DNA of 64,000 bases from Minisyncoccota bacterium (GTDB taxonomy: Bacteria; Patescibacteriota; Minisyncoccia; Phycocordibacterales; Phycocordibacteraceae): positions 41,984 through 105,983 of the forward strand of contig DATKSU010000005.1 of NCBI GenBank assembly GCA_035531495.1, given 5' to 3'. The notes beneath the pieces were generated by a model. That model saw only the letters and a list, made by a program, of their open reading frames with translations, was not told where the DNA came from and ran no database searches. This document shows positions 17,409 to 27,416 of the stretch, piece after piece. The position numbers were made by a program, and so were the translations under genes. Positions within the stretch are counted from its first letter, which is position 1. Each line of letters begins with the position of its first letter.

Positions 17409-18407
17409 CTAGCAGGCAATGTTCTGGTCGACGGCGGTCGAGTTCGCTTCATACTGGACGATCCAGACGGGGCTGCCATTTGTGAAGCCCGCCGCGGTCA
17501 GGCACGAATTGATGGCGCTGACTTGGGTCATGATGCCGACCGGGAACCAGTTCGGGATGGGGACGGCAGAGCCGCCGATTGCTTGCGTCGGCGTGAAGCT
17601 CGCGCCCGCGATATTCCGCCACATGGACGGGACCGAGTAGAGGCCGACACGAATGCCCTGCGCGTTCAGGTAGTCGATTGCGCCCTGGATGGTCGCGTCG
17701 TTCACGGCGACGTTGTCCGACCAGCTGTTCGCTTCCTCGATGTCGAGCCACCAGAAGGGCGATGAGACGCTGTTCTTCGTCGCGTAAGCGAACGCATCCG
17801 CCGCCGCGTTGAAGCCGTAGTTATACGCGGCGCAGACCGTCGGCTCGGGATACGCGCCCGCCGACGACGTCGCAGCGAAAAAGAGCACGCCGCACGTCTT
17901 CGGCGAGGAGAGGTGCGCGTCCGTCGCCGTGCTTCCGTACGGCGCGTTCAGGTTCATGTAAAGAGTCGGCCGCACGCTCGCGGCGAGGCGAGCCCATGAG
18001 AATTCCGACGCGAGGCGCGCGCTCTCGACGTAGGCCTTGCCACCTGTCACGCCGACCACCGCGAAGCCGAAGGGCATAACCGGGTAATCGCGCGTGTTGA
18101 ACGAGAGGTCGTAACCCACACTCGACGACGGATAGAGGCTGCCGATGACCGGCACATGCGGGACGGGCGGCGTGGATGTCGCGGCGACCGGGTCGGGGGC
18201 GCCCGCCGCCGCGACGGCGGCGGGCGCGGCGGCAGAGGTGAGGATGCGCTCCACCTGGTCCACGATGGCCTGCGCGACGTTGAACGCCTCGAGGAGGCCG
18301 ACGATGGCGCTCGTCTGCGCAGTCGTCAAGGTCGACGCCGCGGCTGCGGCCGGCAGGAAGCCGACGAAAGAGAGCACGAAGATGAATGCAAGGATTTTGC
18401 GGGTCAT
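17409..18407 (-). CDS. secreted GH25/DUF1906-like TIM-barrel glycoside hydrolase
   Basis: Signal peptide, Ala/Pro linker, VGYDLS, WWLDIE, VGLYS..W, VWIVQY..D.N.AC. Confidence 0.6.
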   Translation of the reverse strand: MTRKILAFIFVLSFVGFLPAAAAASTLTTAQTSAIVGLLEAFNVAQAIVDQVERILTSAAAPAAVAAAGAPDPVAATSTPPVPHVPVIGSLYPSSSVGYDLSFNTRDYPVMPFGFAVVGVTGGKAYVESARLASEFSWARLAASVRPTLYMNLNAPYGSTATDAHLSSPKTCGVLFFAATSSAGAYPEPTVCAAYNYGFNAAADAFAYATKNSVSSPFWWLDIEEANSWSDNVAVNDATIQGAIDYLNAQGIRVGLYSVPSMWRNIAGASFTPTQAIGGSAVPIPNWFPVGIMTQVSAINSCLTAAGFTNGSPVWIVQYEANSTAVDQNIAC

Positions 18408-18431
18408 ACCCAGGCGCCTAGTATAGCGCTC

Positions 18432-19007
18432 CTACCGGAGACGTACGAGAGACGCGGACCTTGCACGCCCTCGCGCGCCCGGATACGTGAGCACGCCGCA
18501 GCGGACCTTGAGGAACGGCGTGAGTCGGTGCTTAGGGGCACTGGCCGGGGTCATGATGTCGAGTACGCTCCACTTCCGTTTCGCGAGCGCATCGGCGATG
18601 AGCGAGCGATGACAGCGCCACGGCACGGCTTCGGCGCACATGACAGCCGTCGGCCGTTTCCGCGCGATGCGCTCGAGCTCTTCGAGCCCTCCGGAAAATC
18701 CGGGTGTCGCCATGTAATCAGCGTAGCCGCGGAACGAGAGATTCCGCCAGCCGAGATTCTTCGAGTCCTTCTTCGCGTGGCGGAAACCGCCGAGCGCTTC
18801 GATGCGCGCGTACCCTACCCCGCGCTTCTCGAGGGCGCGCCGGAGGTTCTCAGCGTTGAATTGGGGATTGTGCCGCGACTTCGGCACCGTGCGCACGTCG
18901 GCGACCTGCCGGATGCCGTGCGCATCGAGCAGCGCGAGGAAATCGGCGAGCGGCCGGTTGGAGTGCCCGATGGTGTACACGCGGAGTGCATTCGCGCTTT
19001 TCGGCAT
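18432..19007 (-). CDS. DUF488 domain protein
   Basis: YTIGHSNR, ADVRTVPKSR, LGG.R, MCAE..PWRCHR. Confidence 0.9.
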   Translation of the reverse strand: MPKSANALRVYTIGHSNRPLADFLALLDAHGIRQVADVRTVPKSRHNPQFNAENLRRALEKRGVGYARIEALGGFRHAKKDSKNLGWRNLSFRGYADYMATPGFSGGLEELERIARKRPTAVMCAEAVPWRCHRSLIADALAKRKWSVLDIMTPASAPKHRLTPFLKVRCGVLTYPGARGRARSASLVRLR

Positions 19008-19063
19008 CAGGAGTCAGTATATACTTATATCTATCGCTATCACGCGCGACCGCAACGGGCAGT

Positions 19064-19372
19064 ATGTACAACCCGCATAGCCTGCATGAATGCGAACTCG
19101 AGAAGGCGCGCCGCCCGCGTACGCTCATCGACGCGCTCATGACAGGTATCGGCGGAATCGCTTCCGTCTCAAGCGTGCCGCAGGTCATCAAGATCTGGCA
19201 GACGCATACCGTGGTGGGCATCTCGCTCACGACGGAACTTATCGCGCTCATTGCCGTCGTCTGCTGGTTCTTCTATGGCCTCTACATCCGCAACAAGCCG
19301 CTATGGATCACGAGCGGACTCTCAACTATCGTGCTCGGCATCGTCGTATTGCAAATATTGTCTTACCGATAG
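19064..19372 (+). CDS. SemiSWEET/PQ-loop transporter
   Basis: VPQVIKIW..GIS, W.FYG, three TM helices. Confidence 0.8.
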   Translation: MYNPHSLHECELEKARRPRTLIDALMTGIGGIASVSSVPQVIKIWQTHTVVGISLTTELIALIAVVCWFFYGLYIRNKPLWITSGLSTIVLGIVVLQILSYR

Positions 19373-19567
19373 ATTACAGCTCTCGCATACGAAATATTCC
19401 ACGAATGTTTCGCGATCTTCGTTGAATCCTTCGAAGGAAGGACTGCGCTGGATATGGATGTACACACATTAAGCGTGCGGGGCCTGGCTCAAGACCGGGC
19501 TTCGTTTGCTTGTTGCGGGAACGGGATTTGCGCTCTCACTCGTCCGTCGCGTAATTCCTCATTCTGA

Positions 19568-21571
19568 TTACGTACTACCCAAATCAAGCCGTCGCAGGCT
19601 CATAGCGTTAACGACCACAATAACCGTTGAAGCGCTCATGAGAAGCGCGCCGATCTCGGGGCGGAGAAAGAAACCCCACGCTGCGAAGATGCCGGCGGCC
19701 GCAGGTATCGCGATAATGTTGTAGCCGAGCGCCCACCAGAGATTCTGGAGCATTTTGCGATACACCGCACGGGCGAGGATGATGAGCCGCACGATGTCGC
19801 CCGGGTTGCTGCGTGTGAGCACGACGTCACCCGCCTCGACTGCCACATCGGTGCCAGAACCAATGGCGATTCCGGCGTCCGCCTGGGTGAGTGCAGGCGC
19901 GTCATTGACCCCGTCGCCGACCATAAGAACGACATCTCCCTTCTTTTGAAGTTCCTTGATACGGGTGTACTTATCCTTCGGCAACACCTGGGCGAAGTAC
20001 GTATCAATATTGAGTTCACGCGCGACCGCAGCGGCAACCTGCTCGTAATCTCCCGTGAGCATCGCTACCTTGAGCCCGAGATCATGGAGCTTACGCACAG
20101 TCTCCTTTGATTCCGGCCTCACTTCGTCCGCAAGCGCGATAAGCCCGAGAACCCGCTTTGTATCCGCCACGAATATTGTGGTCTTGCCGTCTCGCGAGAA
20201 CCGCTCGAACATCGGCACACTCTCGTCAAGCATGACATGCTCCTCCTCCATGAGCGTTTTGTTACCGACTGCGTAGCGCATGCCGTCGATAACTGCACGA
20301 ATACCCTTGCCCGCAATGTTCTTGAAATCACCGACCGGCGCGAGCGATATCCCATTCTTTCCGGCGTAGGCGACGACGGATCCTCCGATAACGTGCGAGG
20401 AATGTCGTTCGAGTGATGCGGCGATCCGCAGCACTTCATCCTTCGAAACATCGCCGAATGATTCGACGCCGACGACACCGAAAGTCCCTTTAGTGAGCGT
20501 TCCCGTCTTGTCGAAAACAACGTAATTTGTCTTCCGTATCGTCTCGATCTTCGAGAAATTCTTGATGAAAACGCCGTTCTTCACTGAGAGCGACGTCGCG
20601 ATGGTCGTCACGGTCGGAATGGCGAGTCCGAGCGCGTGCGGGCACGCGATGACCAAGACCGTGATGGCGAGCGTGATCGCGAAGGCGAACGAGGAACCGA
20701 TGACAAGCGACCAGACGAGAAGCGTGAGTATGGCGACCCCGAGCGCAGTGAACGTGAGCACGGCTGAAGCAGTGTCGGCGATGCGCGCCTGGCGCGGCTT
20801 GGTCATTTGCGCCGAAGCGATGAGCGACTGGATCTGCCCGATGGTCGAGTGTTCGCCCACGCGCGAGAGCTTAACGGTGAGCGACCCGTCGAGCGCGATG
20901 GAACCGGCGATGACGTTCGCTCCTTCCGCTTTCTCAACGGGCTTTGACTCGCCAGAGACGAGCGATTCGTCCACGTTCGAGCGTCCACCGATGACAGCGC
21001 CATCTGCGGGAACTTTCTCCCCGGGCTTCACGAGTACCGTGTCGCCCTCCGCGAGCTCGGCGATGTCGACTTCGGTCTCGGCTCCGTTCACGAGCTTATG
21101 CGCCTGCTTTGGCAAGAGCTTGGCGACCTCCGCGAGCGCGTCGCCAGCCGCGGCGCCCGAACGCGCCTCGAGATAGTGACCGAGGAGGAGCACCCAGACC
21201 AAGGTGGAGATTTCGAGGTAGAACTGGACGCCGAGCGAGGGGACGAAGGTCGCTACGACCGAGAACGCGTATCCCGTGCCGACGGCGAGCGAGACGAGCG
21301 TCATCATGCCGAACGCTCGCGCCTTTATCTCGTGCCACGCGTGCTGGAAGAACACGAGCGCGAAGCCGAAGATAACGGTCGCGAGACCGAGCTGAATCCA
21401 TGGCCCTAATGAAAGCGCCGGGATGTGCAGGAACGCCGCAACGGGCGGGTTCGTGAGCGCGAGCGGGATGATGAGGATGGTGACAATCCAGAACCGGCGT
21501 AGGTAGCTTGCGGCCGAGCCGTGTCCCATGCCGTGACCGTCGTGCATATGCTGATGCTCGTGCTCAGTCAT
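19568..21571 (-). CDS. copB: heavy-metal P1B-type ATPase (CPH motif, CopB-like)
   Basis: His-rich N-terminus, SGES, IACPHALG, DKTGTLT, GDGVND, YN..IP, MSAST. Confidence 0.88.
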   Translation of the reverse strand: MTEHEHQHMHDGHGMGHGSAASYLRRFWIVTILIIPLALTNPPVAAFLHIPALSLGPWIQLGLATVIFGFALVFFQHAWHEIKARAFGMMTLVSLAVGTGYAFSVVATFVPSLGVQFYLEISTLVWVLLLGHYLEARSGAAAGDALAEVAKLLPKQAHKLVNGAETEVDIAELAEGDTVLVKPGEKVPADGAVIGGRSNVDESLVSGESKPVEKAEGANVIAGSIALDGSLTVKLSRVGEHSTIGQIQSLIASAQMTKPRQARIADTASAVLTFTALGVAILTLLVWSLVIGSSFAFAITLAITVLVIACPHALGLAIPTVTTIATSLSVKNGVFIKNFSKIETIRKTNYVVFDKTGTLTKGTFGVVGVESFGDVSKDEVLRIAASLERHSSHVIGGSVVAYAGKNGISLAPVGDFKNIAGKGIRAVIDGMRYAVGNKTLMEEEHVMLDESVPMFERFSRDGKTTIFVADTKRVLGLIALADEVRPESKETVRKLHDLGLKVAMLTGDYEQVAAAVARELNIDTYFAQVLPKDKYTRIKELQKKGDVVLMVGDGVNDAPALTQADAGIAIGSGTDVAVEAGDVVLTRSNPGDIVRLIILARAVYRKMLQNLWWALGYNIIAIPAAAGIFAAWGFFLRPEIGALLMSASTVIVVVNAMSLRRLDLGST

Positions 21572-21971
21572 AGCTCAGTTCGATGGTATCGCCGTCGTGC
21601 ATGACGTAGCTCCCATACGCGGTGCTTGTCGCCCCGTTCACGATCATCTGCATATTCGAGCCGAATGAAGACATATCCTTGCCCCAGACCTTGAAGAATT
21701 GCGCGAGTGTAAGATCACTCGCGTGCACGACGCCCGGGAACTCCATGTGGATGGTGCCGGTGTCGTCGTGCGTATGTATCGGCATTTCTGCCGCGCCAAG
21801 GCCGATGCCAGCCGGTATCGTCACGTTCTGACCTTTCACCGTGATGAAGAGGTGCGAATGCCAGTGGAGGCCGTGGGTAGCGACTATGGTCGGATCGGAT
21901 GCTTGAGAGACAACCGTCCAGCCGAGAAGGCCGACGATTACAACTCCGATGGCGACATATGCGTATTTCAT
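21564..21971 (-). CDS. membrane-anchored exported His-rich protein (putative metal binder)
   Basis: N-terminal TM helix, HWHSH, IHTHD, IHME; overlaps the ATPase start. Confidence 0.7.
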   Translation of the reverse strand: MKYAYVAIGVVIVGLLGWTVVSQASDPTIVATHGLHWHSHLFITVKGQNVTIPAGIGLGAAEMPIHTHDDTGTIHMEFPGVVHASDLTLAQFFKVWGKDMSSFGSNMQMIVNGATSTAYGSYVMHDGDTIELSYD

Positions 21972-21975
21972 AGCG

Positions 21976-22245
21976 CTATTTCTTCTTTGACACTTTGTAT
22001 GCCGACAGGATCTCGCGGATGGCTTTCGTTTGGGAGCCGCTTTTCATCTGTTCGACCACACATGTCGAAAGGTGGTTCTCAAGCATCGCATCTTCCACCG
22101 CAGAAAGCGCGGAGCGCACAGCCGAGGTTTGCGTGATGACGTCGATGCAGTAGGCATCATTCTCGACCAGTTTTTGGAGTCCGCGCACCTGGCCCTCTAT
22201 GGTCTTCAATCTGCGCACTACCGTGCGCTTTACGGTTTGTTTCAT
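21976..22245 (-). CDS. csoR: CsoR/RcnR-family copper-sensing repressor
   Basis: RLKTIEGQVRG, YCIDV, HLSTCV (Cys-His-Cys ligands). Confidence 0.9.
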   Translation of the reverse strand: MKQTVKRTVVRRLKTIEGQVRGLQKLVENDAYCIDVITQTSAVRSALSAVEDAMLENHLSTCVVEQMKSGSQTKAIREILSAYKVSKKK

Positions 22246-22251
22246 GGGCCT

Positions 22252-22280
22252 AGAATACCCCTAGGGGGTATTCGGGTCAA
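22252..22280 (-). promoter_or_regulatory. csoR promoter overlapped by CsoR operator
   Basis: Palindrome GAATACCCC-TAG-GGGGTATTC (22253-22273) within TTGACC-17nt-TATTCT; ATG 6 nt after the -10. Confidence 0.85.
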
Positions 22281-22469
22281 TGGACATTATTAACACAATC
22301 CTTTTCGCATGAAAACAACGCTTCTCGGCCTCGCCATGTCACTGCGCGAACACGCGATACTTCTTGAAATAACGATATTCGTGCCAAGCGGGCCGGGAGC
22401 GGGATGACGGGAAGACCGAGGCAGACCGGCGCCGGCCGAGATTATCCACGCCTCACGAAGCAGTCTCGC

Positions 22470-23048
22470 TTACGACAGCAGCGCGGCGAGCGAGCGGGCA
22501 CTCCGTCCCGGCACGTACAACGCCCGGGCGATGGCGGGCGCGTCGACCGCGGCATAGTGTTTTTGCTCCCCGATCTGTTCGAAACCGAGCAATCGGTAAA
22601 AACGGTCGTGCTTCGGGTTGATGGCGATGCAGAGGTAATCGATTCCGCATTCATGCGCATGCGCGAGGACGGCAGAGAAGAGGGGCGAGGCGACAAAGGG
22701 CGATGCACGCTTGCCAGTCGCGTCGGCATAGCGATCATGATCGACCGCGAATTGCACCACTTCCGCAAGCTGCTTCCCTCCCGCGCGAACGGATGCGAGC
22801 TCGCGCGCGTAGAGCGTGCTCATCGGCAGCCCCTCCTCGCTGTCTCTCACGACCGAAAGCGTGCCATACAGGACGGCACCCGCGAAAAGGCCGAACGTGG
22901 TCGCGTGCGGGCCGTCGAGGTACCGCGTGATTGCATCGGTTCCGACGGCATACCCTTGGGCTGCGTACGCCTTAGCGACCACGGCTCGCACTATCAGGCG
23001 TTCTGATTCGTCACGTATGGCGCGCACTGCGTTCGTACCGCTGGTCAT
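22470..23048 (-). CDS. N-acyl amino acid synthase, FeeM-like
   Basis: AYAAQGY, GTLSVVRDS..GLP, EVVQFAVD, INPKHDRFY.LLGF. Confidence 0.8.
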   Translation of the reverse strand: MTSGTNAVRAIRDESERLIVRAVVAKAYAAQGYAVGTDAITRYLDGPHATTFGLFAGAVLYGTLSVVRDSEEGLPMSTLYARELASVRAGGKQLAEVVQFAVDHDRYADATGKRASPFVASPLFSAVLAHAHECGIDYLCIAINPKHDRFYRLLGFEQIGEQKHYAAVDAPAIARALYVPGRSARSLAALLS

Positions 23049-23302
23049 GCGTGCGCGCCCGCATCGGTCGGGCTCGTGCCGGACCGCTCCACGTACGCGA
23101 TGACGTCCCCGACAGTCTCGATATGCGCGATATCATCGTATCGCACGTGACGGTCGAACGCCGACTCGAGGCGGATGAGCAGTTCAAATAATGCGATGGA
23201 ATCCGCGGCCATGTCAGCGAGCTTGCCGTCATCGCGGATGGTTTCCGCCGGCACGCCGAGCGTATCACTCATGATGGCAATGACTCTTTCACGCGGCTGC
23301 AT
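23045..23302 (-). CDS. acyl carrier protein
   Basis: Acidic 85 aa; DMAADSIALFEL phosphopantetheine Ser motif, LESAF, IETVGDVIAYV. Confidence 0.88.
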   Translation of the reverse strand: MQPRERVIAIMSDTLGVPAETIRDDGKLADMAADSIALFELLIRLESAFDRHVRYDDIAHIETVGDVIAYVERSGTSPTDAGAHA

Positions 23303-23921
23303 AGCGGGTCAGGTCGGTCGGTACCCATGATACGGAATTCTGGCGCAGTACGACGGCCACAGCGACCACGTCCTCGCGGACGCGCCACGTGCGGATAGAC
23401 GCCTCGCAACGAACTCCCTTGATGGCGATCCATCCGTCATCCGATGCCAACGCGTCTGCAGTGTCGATATGCCGCGGATGCGTGCGCAAGCCGACGCCGA
23501 GCGCTTTCAGGACGGCCTCCTTGATCGACCAGCAACGGGTATAGGCCGCCGGACGTCGTTCGCATAGCTCCTGCGCGATGAGCGCGCGTTCGGCAGGCGT
23601 GAGGAATGCATTCAGGACGAGCGGCGTGAACTCGCGCACGCGTTCGATATCGGCACCGAGGCGTACGCCGAGGCGCGTTTCGGCGATACCGAGCGCGAAT
23701 GGGAACGCATGGGAAATAGAGATGGCGATTGGGGCGGCCCTGCCAGGAACGTACGCGGATGGTTTGCCGAGCATGTCTTTCGCGATCACGATATCGCGTG
23801 TCGGGACCATCCCCAGAGACGGCTTCAGCGCTTCGCGTACCGCCGCCCGCGCTGCTGCTTCCCCCGCCTCATGCAAGGCCTGCGGACTGCCACCTGTGCA
23901 GCGTGTGAGCGCGGTCGTCAT
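23289..23921 (-). CDS. 4'-phosphopantetheinyl transferase (Sfp-like)
   Basis: GKP, ISISH, GADIE, WSIKEAVLKALG. Confidence 0.88.
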   Translation of the reverse strand: MTTALTRCTGGSPQALHEAGEAAARAAVREALKPSLGMVPTRDIVIAKDMLGKPSAYVPGRAAPIAISISHAFPFALGIAETRLGVRLGADIERVREFTPLVLNAFLTPAERALIAQELCERRPAAYTRCWSIKEAVLKALGVGLRTHPRHIDTADALASDDGWIAIKGVRCEASIRTWRVREDVVAVAVVLRQNSVSWVPTDLTRYAAA

Positions 23922-24562
23922 ACCGTACCTGCCGTGAAGAACTGCCGCATCTTATCGAATTTCGTATCGCTGTCCCCGCGGATGACCTCGCTGCAATGCA
24001 GGCGGGCGTCTGTCACGGTTTCCGGCTTCAGGAACGACTGCGTGTCGAATCCCGACAGGCGGACGAAAATGGTCGGGTAATCACGCGCGAATAGCATCTG
24101 TGCGCCCTTCTTGAACTCGTCTACCGCCATCTCGCCGTTGACGATCCTCCCCTCAGGGAACAGCAAGACCGTGCGGTGACGGTCGAGGAGATCCCGCGTG
24201 TAGAGCAGCTTCTTCGCGCGTTCGATCGCCGTCGTGCCGATATCGTAAGCACCGAGCATCTTCAGCGCGCGCCCGAGCACGGGGCGGCGGGCATAGGCGG
24301 ACGACGTCGGATAGCGCATCGGTACGGTCGCGAACCAGTTCTGCTTACCGAGGTAATACGTGATGAGGAACGGGTCGAACAGGCTGCGGTGGTTGGCGAG
24401 CACCAAGGAGCCGCGCGGCACATGGAAACCTCTCGGGATATGCGCTTCCAAGCGGATGCGTCCGCTGAGCCACCAGTCGAACGGGCATGTCGCGATCTGG
24501 CTGACGAACAGCGCATTATCGAGAGCTGCGACGCCGAGCTGTCCTGCGAATCGGAATATCAT
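23918..24562 (-). CDS. lysophospholipid acyltransferase (PlsC/LPLAT family)
   Basis: LANHRSLFD (HX4D) and LLFPEG motifs. Confidence 0.85.
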   Translation of the reverse strand: MIFRFAGQLGVAALDNALFVSQIATCPFDWWLSGRIRLEAHIPRGFHVPRGSLVLANHRSLFDPFLITYYLGKQNWFATVPMRYPTSSAYARRPVLGRALKMLGAYDIGTTAIERAKKLLYTRDLLDRHRTVLLFPEGRIVNGEMAVDEFKKGAQMLFARDYPTIFVRLSGFDTQSFLKPETVTDARLHCSEVIRGDSDTKFDKMRQFFTAGTV

Positions 24563-25428
24563 ATGTGATGATCAAGGATGCGGGAAAAATACCAGCGCTT
24601 CGCCCGCTGGAAGAGGTGGCCGTTGTGCCGTTCGGTACGGCGCAGCTTCTGCACGTATGGGTCGAATTGCCGGCACACGGGAGCGCGCTCGTACGGAAGC
24701 CCGGTGAGTATCTTGTACACCTCCGTCGCGACGAGATTCGCGCACGCGAGCGTCGCGACTACGGATGACGGCGCTGTTTCCTTTTCGAAATCAATCGCGT
24801 CCGACTTGTAGTACGAGCGGTGAACGAGCGAGGGGGAGATGCCGATGGCGAAGCGCAGCAGCTGTTCGCGCCGCGTCAGGGAGTCATCGAGCGCGAAGTA
24901 GGAGTCGAAACTCATGCTGTTCGGAGCGAACGTGAGGAGAGAGGCGCCGAAACCGATGGGGGCGCAGGTCAGCACCGGGATGCCGCGTTCGCGCGCGGCA
25001 CGGAAGAGCAGTCGCCGCACCTCGATATTGAAGAAATCGATGCCGTCGAGCGCCACGTCCGCGCCTTCGAGGAAAGCGGCGACGGTCTCGCTCGAGATGG
25101 CAGGAAACACGCGAATCCGGACGTGCGGGTTGATATCGCGCACCATACGTTCGATGGTGCGCGATTTCTCTTCTCCGAGCGTCGCCATCGAGGCGCCGGC
25201 CTGGCGATTGAAATTCGCCATCTCGAACGCATCGGAATCGGCGATTGTGAAGGCGCCGACACCGAGTCGCGCGAGAGTCGTCGCATAAATGCCGCCTACC
25301 CCGCCGAGCCCGGCGATGGCGACGTGCGTCGTGCGCAAGACGTCCTGATGCGCGTCGGGAATGAGCCCCCGGTTACGCGCAAAAGCGTCGCGGTAAGAGA
25401 AATTCAGAGCGTCAGTCGCTTTCTCCAT
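24559..25428 (-). CDS. ThiF-family adenylyltransferase
   Basis: FSYRDAFARNRG, VAIAGLGGVG, DSDAFEMANFNRQ, DGIDF, P.GFG. Confidence 0.88.
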   Translation of the reverse strand: MEKATDALNFSYRDAFARNRGLIPDAHQDVLRTTHVAIAGLGGVGGIYATTLARLGVGAFTIADSDAFEMANFNRQAGASMATLGEEKSRTIERMVRDINPHVRIRVFPAISSETVAAFLEGADVALDGIDFFNIEVRRLLFRAARERGIPVLTCAPIGFGASLLTFAPNSMSFDSYFALDDSLTRREQLLRFAIGISPSLVHRSYYKSDAIDFEKETAPSSVVATLACANLVATEVYKILTGLPYERAPVCRQFDPYVQKLRRTERHNGHLFQRAKRWYFSRILDHHI

Positions 25429-25595
25429 GCGATAGCATAAGTATACCGTACGGCCACTCCGGGGCGGTCAAACGCTTGAGAGATCCTTGACGACGCCTGT
25501 CAATAGCGGTGATATACTTCCCCCATCATGCGGCTCGCCGATGTGCGGAATGTGCAGGACTTCATGCGGATGGCCGACGACTGCTACGTGCCTGA

Positions 25596-26354
25596 ATGAA
25601 CGCTATTTCCATCGCATTCGCTGTCTGTGTCGGTATCGTACTCGGCGCGGTCTTGTTCGAGACCTTGCGCATCACGTGGTACCTCTGCATCTCCCGGCTG
25701 ATGACCCTCTCTACGATGCGGTTCGAGCGTCTGGATGCGCCCGGAACTGAGCGGATATTGTTCGTCGGCGACAGCACCGGCTACGGCACGGGGACGAGCC
25801 ATGAGCGGTATTCGCTCGTCGGCCGACTAGGCGCGGATTTCCCAAGCGCGTATATCGAGAACTGCAGCAAGACCGGAAGAAAATTGAAAGGTGCGGAACG
25901 CCTGCTGCGCCGGAAAGCAGACGATCCGGCGCAGCGGGCGTTCGATCTGGCGATCATCATGGTCGGAGGGATGAACGTGCTTTATGGCACGCGGCTGTCC
26001 GCGGTGCGCAAGATGGTCGACCGCATGCTCGCGCATGCGAAACGGTGCAGCCGTACTGTCGTCCTCGTGAGTTCAAACGATCCTGGCGCCGCGCCGCTCT
26101 TCCGCCCCCCGCTGTCAGGCATATACCGGCGCCGCGCCGGAGCGTTCGCATCGGTCTATGCCGAGGCGGCGCATGATGCTGGCGTAATCCATGTGTCGCT
26201 CTTCCGAGAACATCCCGACGAGCTCGTCGAGAAGCATCTTTTCTCGGCTGACAAGACGCACCCTAACGATGCAGGGTATGCGGTCTGGTACAATCGGATA
26301 AAAGAAGCGATTCCCGATATTCATGCAGGCCACGATGGAACTGGTATCGAGTAG
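25596..26354 (+). CDS. membrane-anchored SGNH/GDSL hydrolase
   Basis: N-terminal TM helix, VGDSTGYG, GGMN, DKTHPN. Confidence 0.88.
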   Translation: MNAISIAFAVCVGIVLGAVLFETLRITWYLCISRLMTLSTMRFERLDAPGTERILFVGDSTGYGTGTSHERYSLVGRLGADFPSAYIENCSKTGRKLKGAERLLRRKADDPAQRAFDLAIIMVGGMNVLYGTRLSAVRKMVDRMLAHAKRCSRTVVLVSSNDPGAAPLFRPPLSGIYRRRAGAFASVYAEAAHDAGVIHVSLFREHPDELVEKHLFSADKTHPNDAGYAVWYNRIKEAIPDIHAGHDGTGIE

Positions 26355-26376
26355 CGCAGTCCAGGCAGGGGAATTC

Positions 26377-27243
26377 ATGACGCGCCTCTGGTCGCTCATC
26401 GCGGCCAACACCGCGACCAATATCGCGACTATCGTGATGGCCTTCCGCGCTGGCGGGACGGCAACGTATGGTGCGCTGGTTCCGCTCGCCATATTGTTCG
26501 GACAGCTCATCCTTATCGCCATCACGCTTAAGGTGCTGCAGATGATATGGTTCCTGTCGCACGAGATCCATTTCCGACGGCCGAAGGCCTATAGCGCGAT
26601 TCGCGCCGGAGGGAAGCGGATTCTCATTGTCGGCGACAGCACGGCGTACGGGACCGGTGCGGATCGCCCCGAAGACACGATTGCTGGGCGCCTCGGGTAC
26701 GATTTCCCGCACACGACCATCATCAACATGGCGGTTAACGGGTCGACCGTGCGCGATGCGGTAAACCAGTTGCGAAAGGCCGGCCCAGGGCCGTTTGACC
26801 TTATCATCATCTGCACAGGCGGCAATGACATCTTGCGCTTCATCCGTGTCGCATCGATAGCACGGGATCTCGTTCGTCTGGCAGACGAAGCCGTCAAACG
26901 AAGCAACCATCACGCCTTTATGCTGTTCTATGCCAACCTCGGCGGCGCGCCGATATTCCCCGGTCCCATCCGCACCCTCATGAGGCGGCGGACCCAGCGG
27001 GTGTATAGCGTATTTGAAAGCGTTTCCAGGCAGTTTGATGTCCCGCTCGTCGAGCTGTACACGCACGAACACGTCAACAAATTCGCAACAAACCCGTTCA
27101 TGGAAGATCCCGGGCGGTATTTCGCGAAAGATCGCATGCATCCGAACAGCGAGGGGTACCGGCTCTGGTACAACCGGATGTGGGCCGAAATGGTTGCGCG
27201 CAATATCGTCTTCCGCGAATCAGACCCAGCGCCTATCCGTTAG
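26377..27243 (+). CDS. membrane-anchored SGNH/GDSL hydrolase (paralog)
   Basis: Hydrophobic N-terminus, VGDSTAYG, GGND, DRMHPN; start uncertain (26323 or 26377). Confidence 0.85.
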   Translation: MTRLWSLIAANTATNIATIVMAFRAGGTATYGALVPLAILFGQLILIAITLKVLQMIWFLSHEIHFRRPKAYSAIRAGGKRILIVGDSTAYGTGADRPEDTIAGRLGYDFPHTTIINMAVNGSTVRDAVNQLRKAGPGPFDLIIICTGGNDILRFIRVASIARDLVRLADEAVKRSNHHAFMLFYANLGGAPIFPGPIRTLMRRRTQRVYSVFESVSRQFDVPLVELYTHEHVNKFATNPFMEDPGRYFAKDRMHPNSEGYRLWYNRMWAEMVARNIVFRESDPAPIR

Positions 27244-27416
27244 CACACGTCTCCGGAGGCGCCCCAGACACCTGGCTTGTGTTGGCTGGCCGCATGCGAT
27301 CGTCGGCATCACAAAGAAAGTCCCCCCGTTCGCTGAAACCCTCGTCCTCGCCACCCCCGAGACAGAAACGGGCGAGTGATTCTCAAACTGTGCAGTTAAT
27401 GCGCTACCATAGGCGT

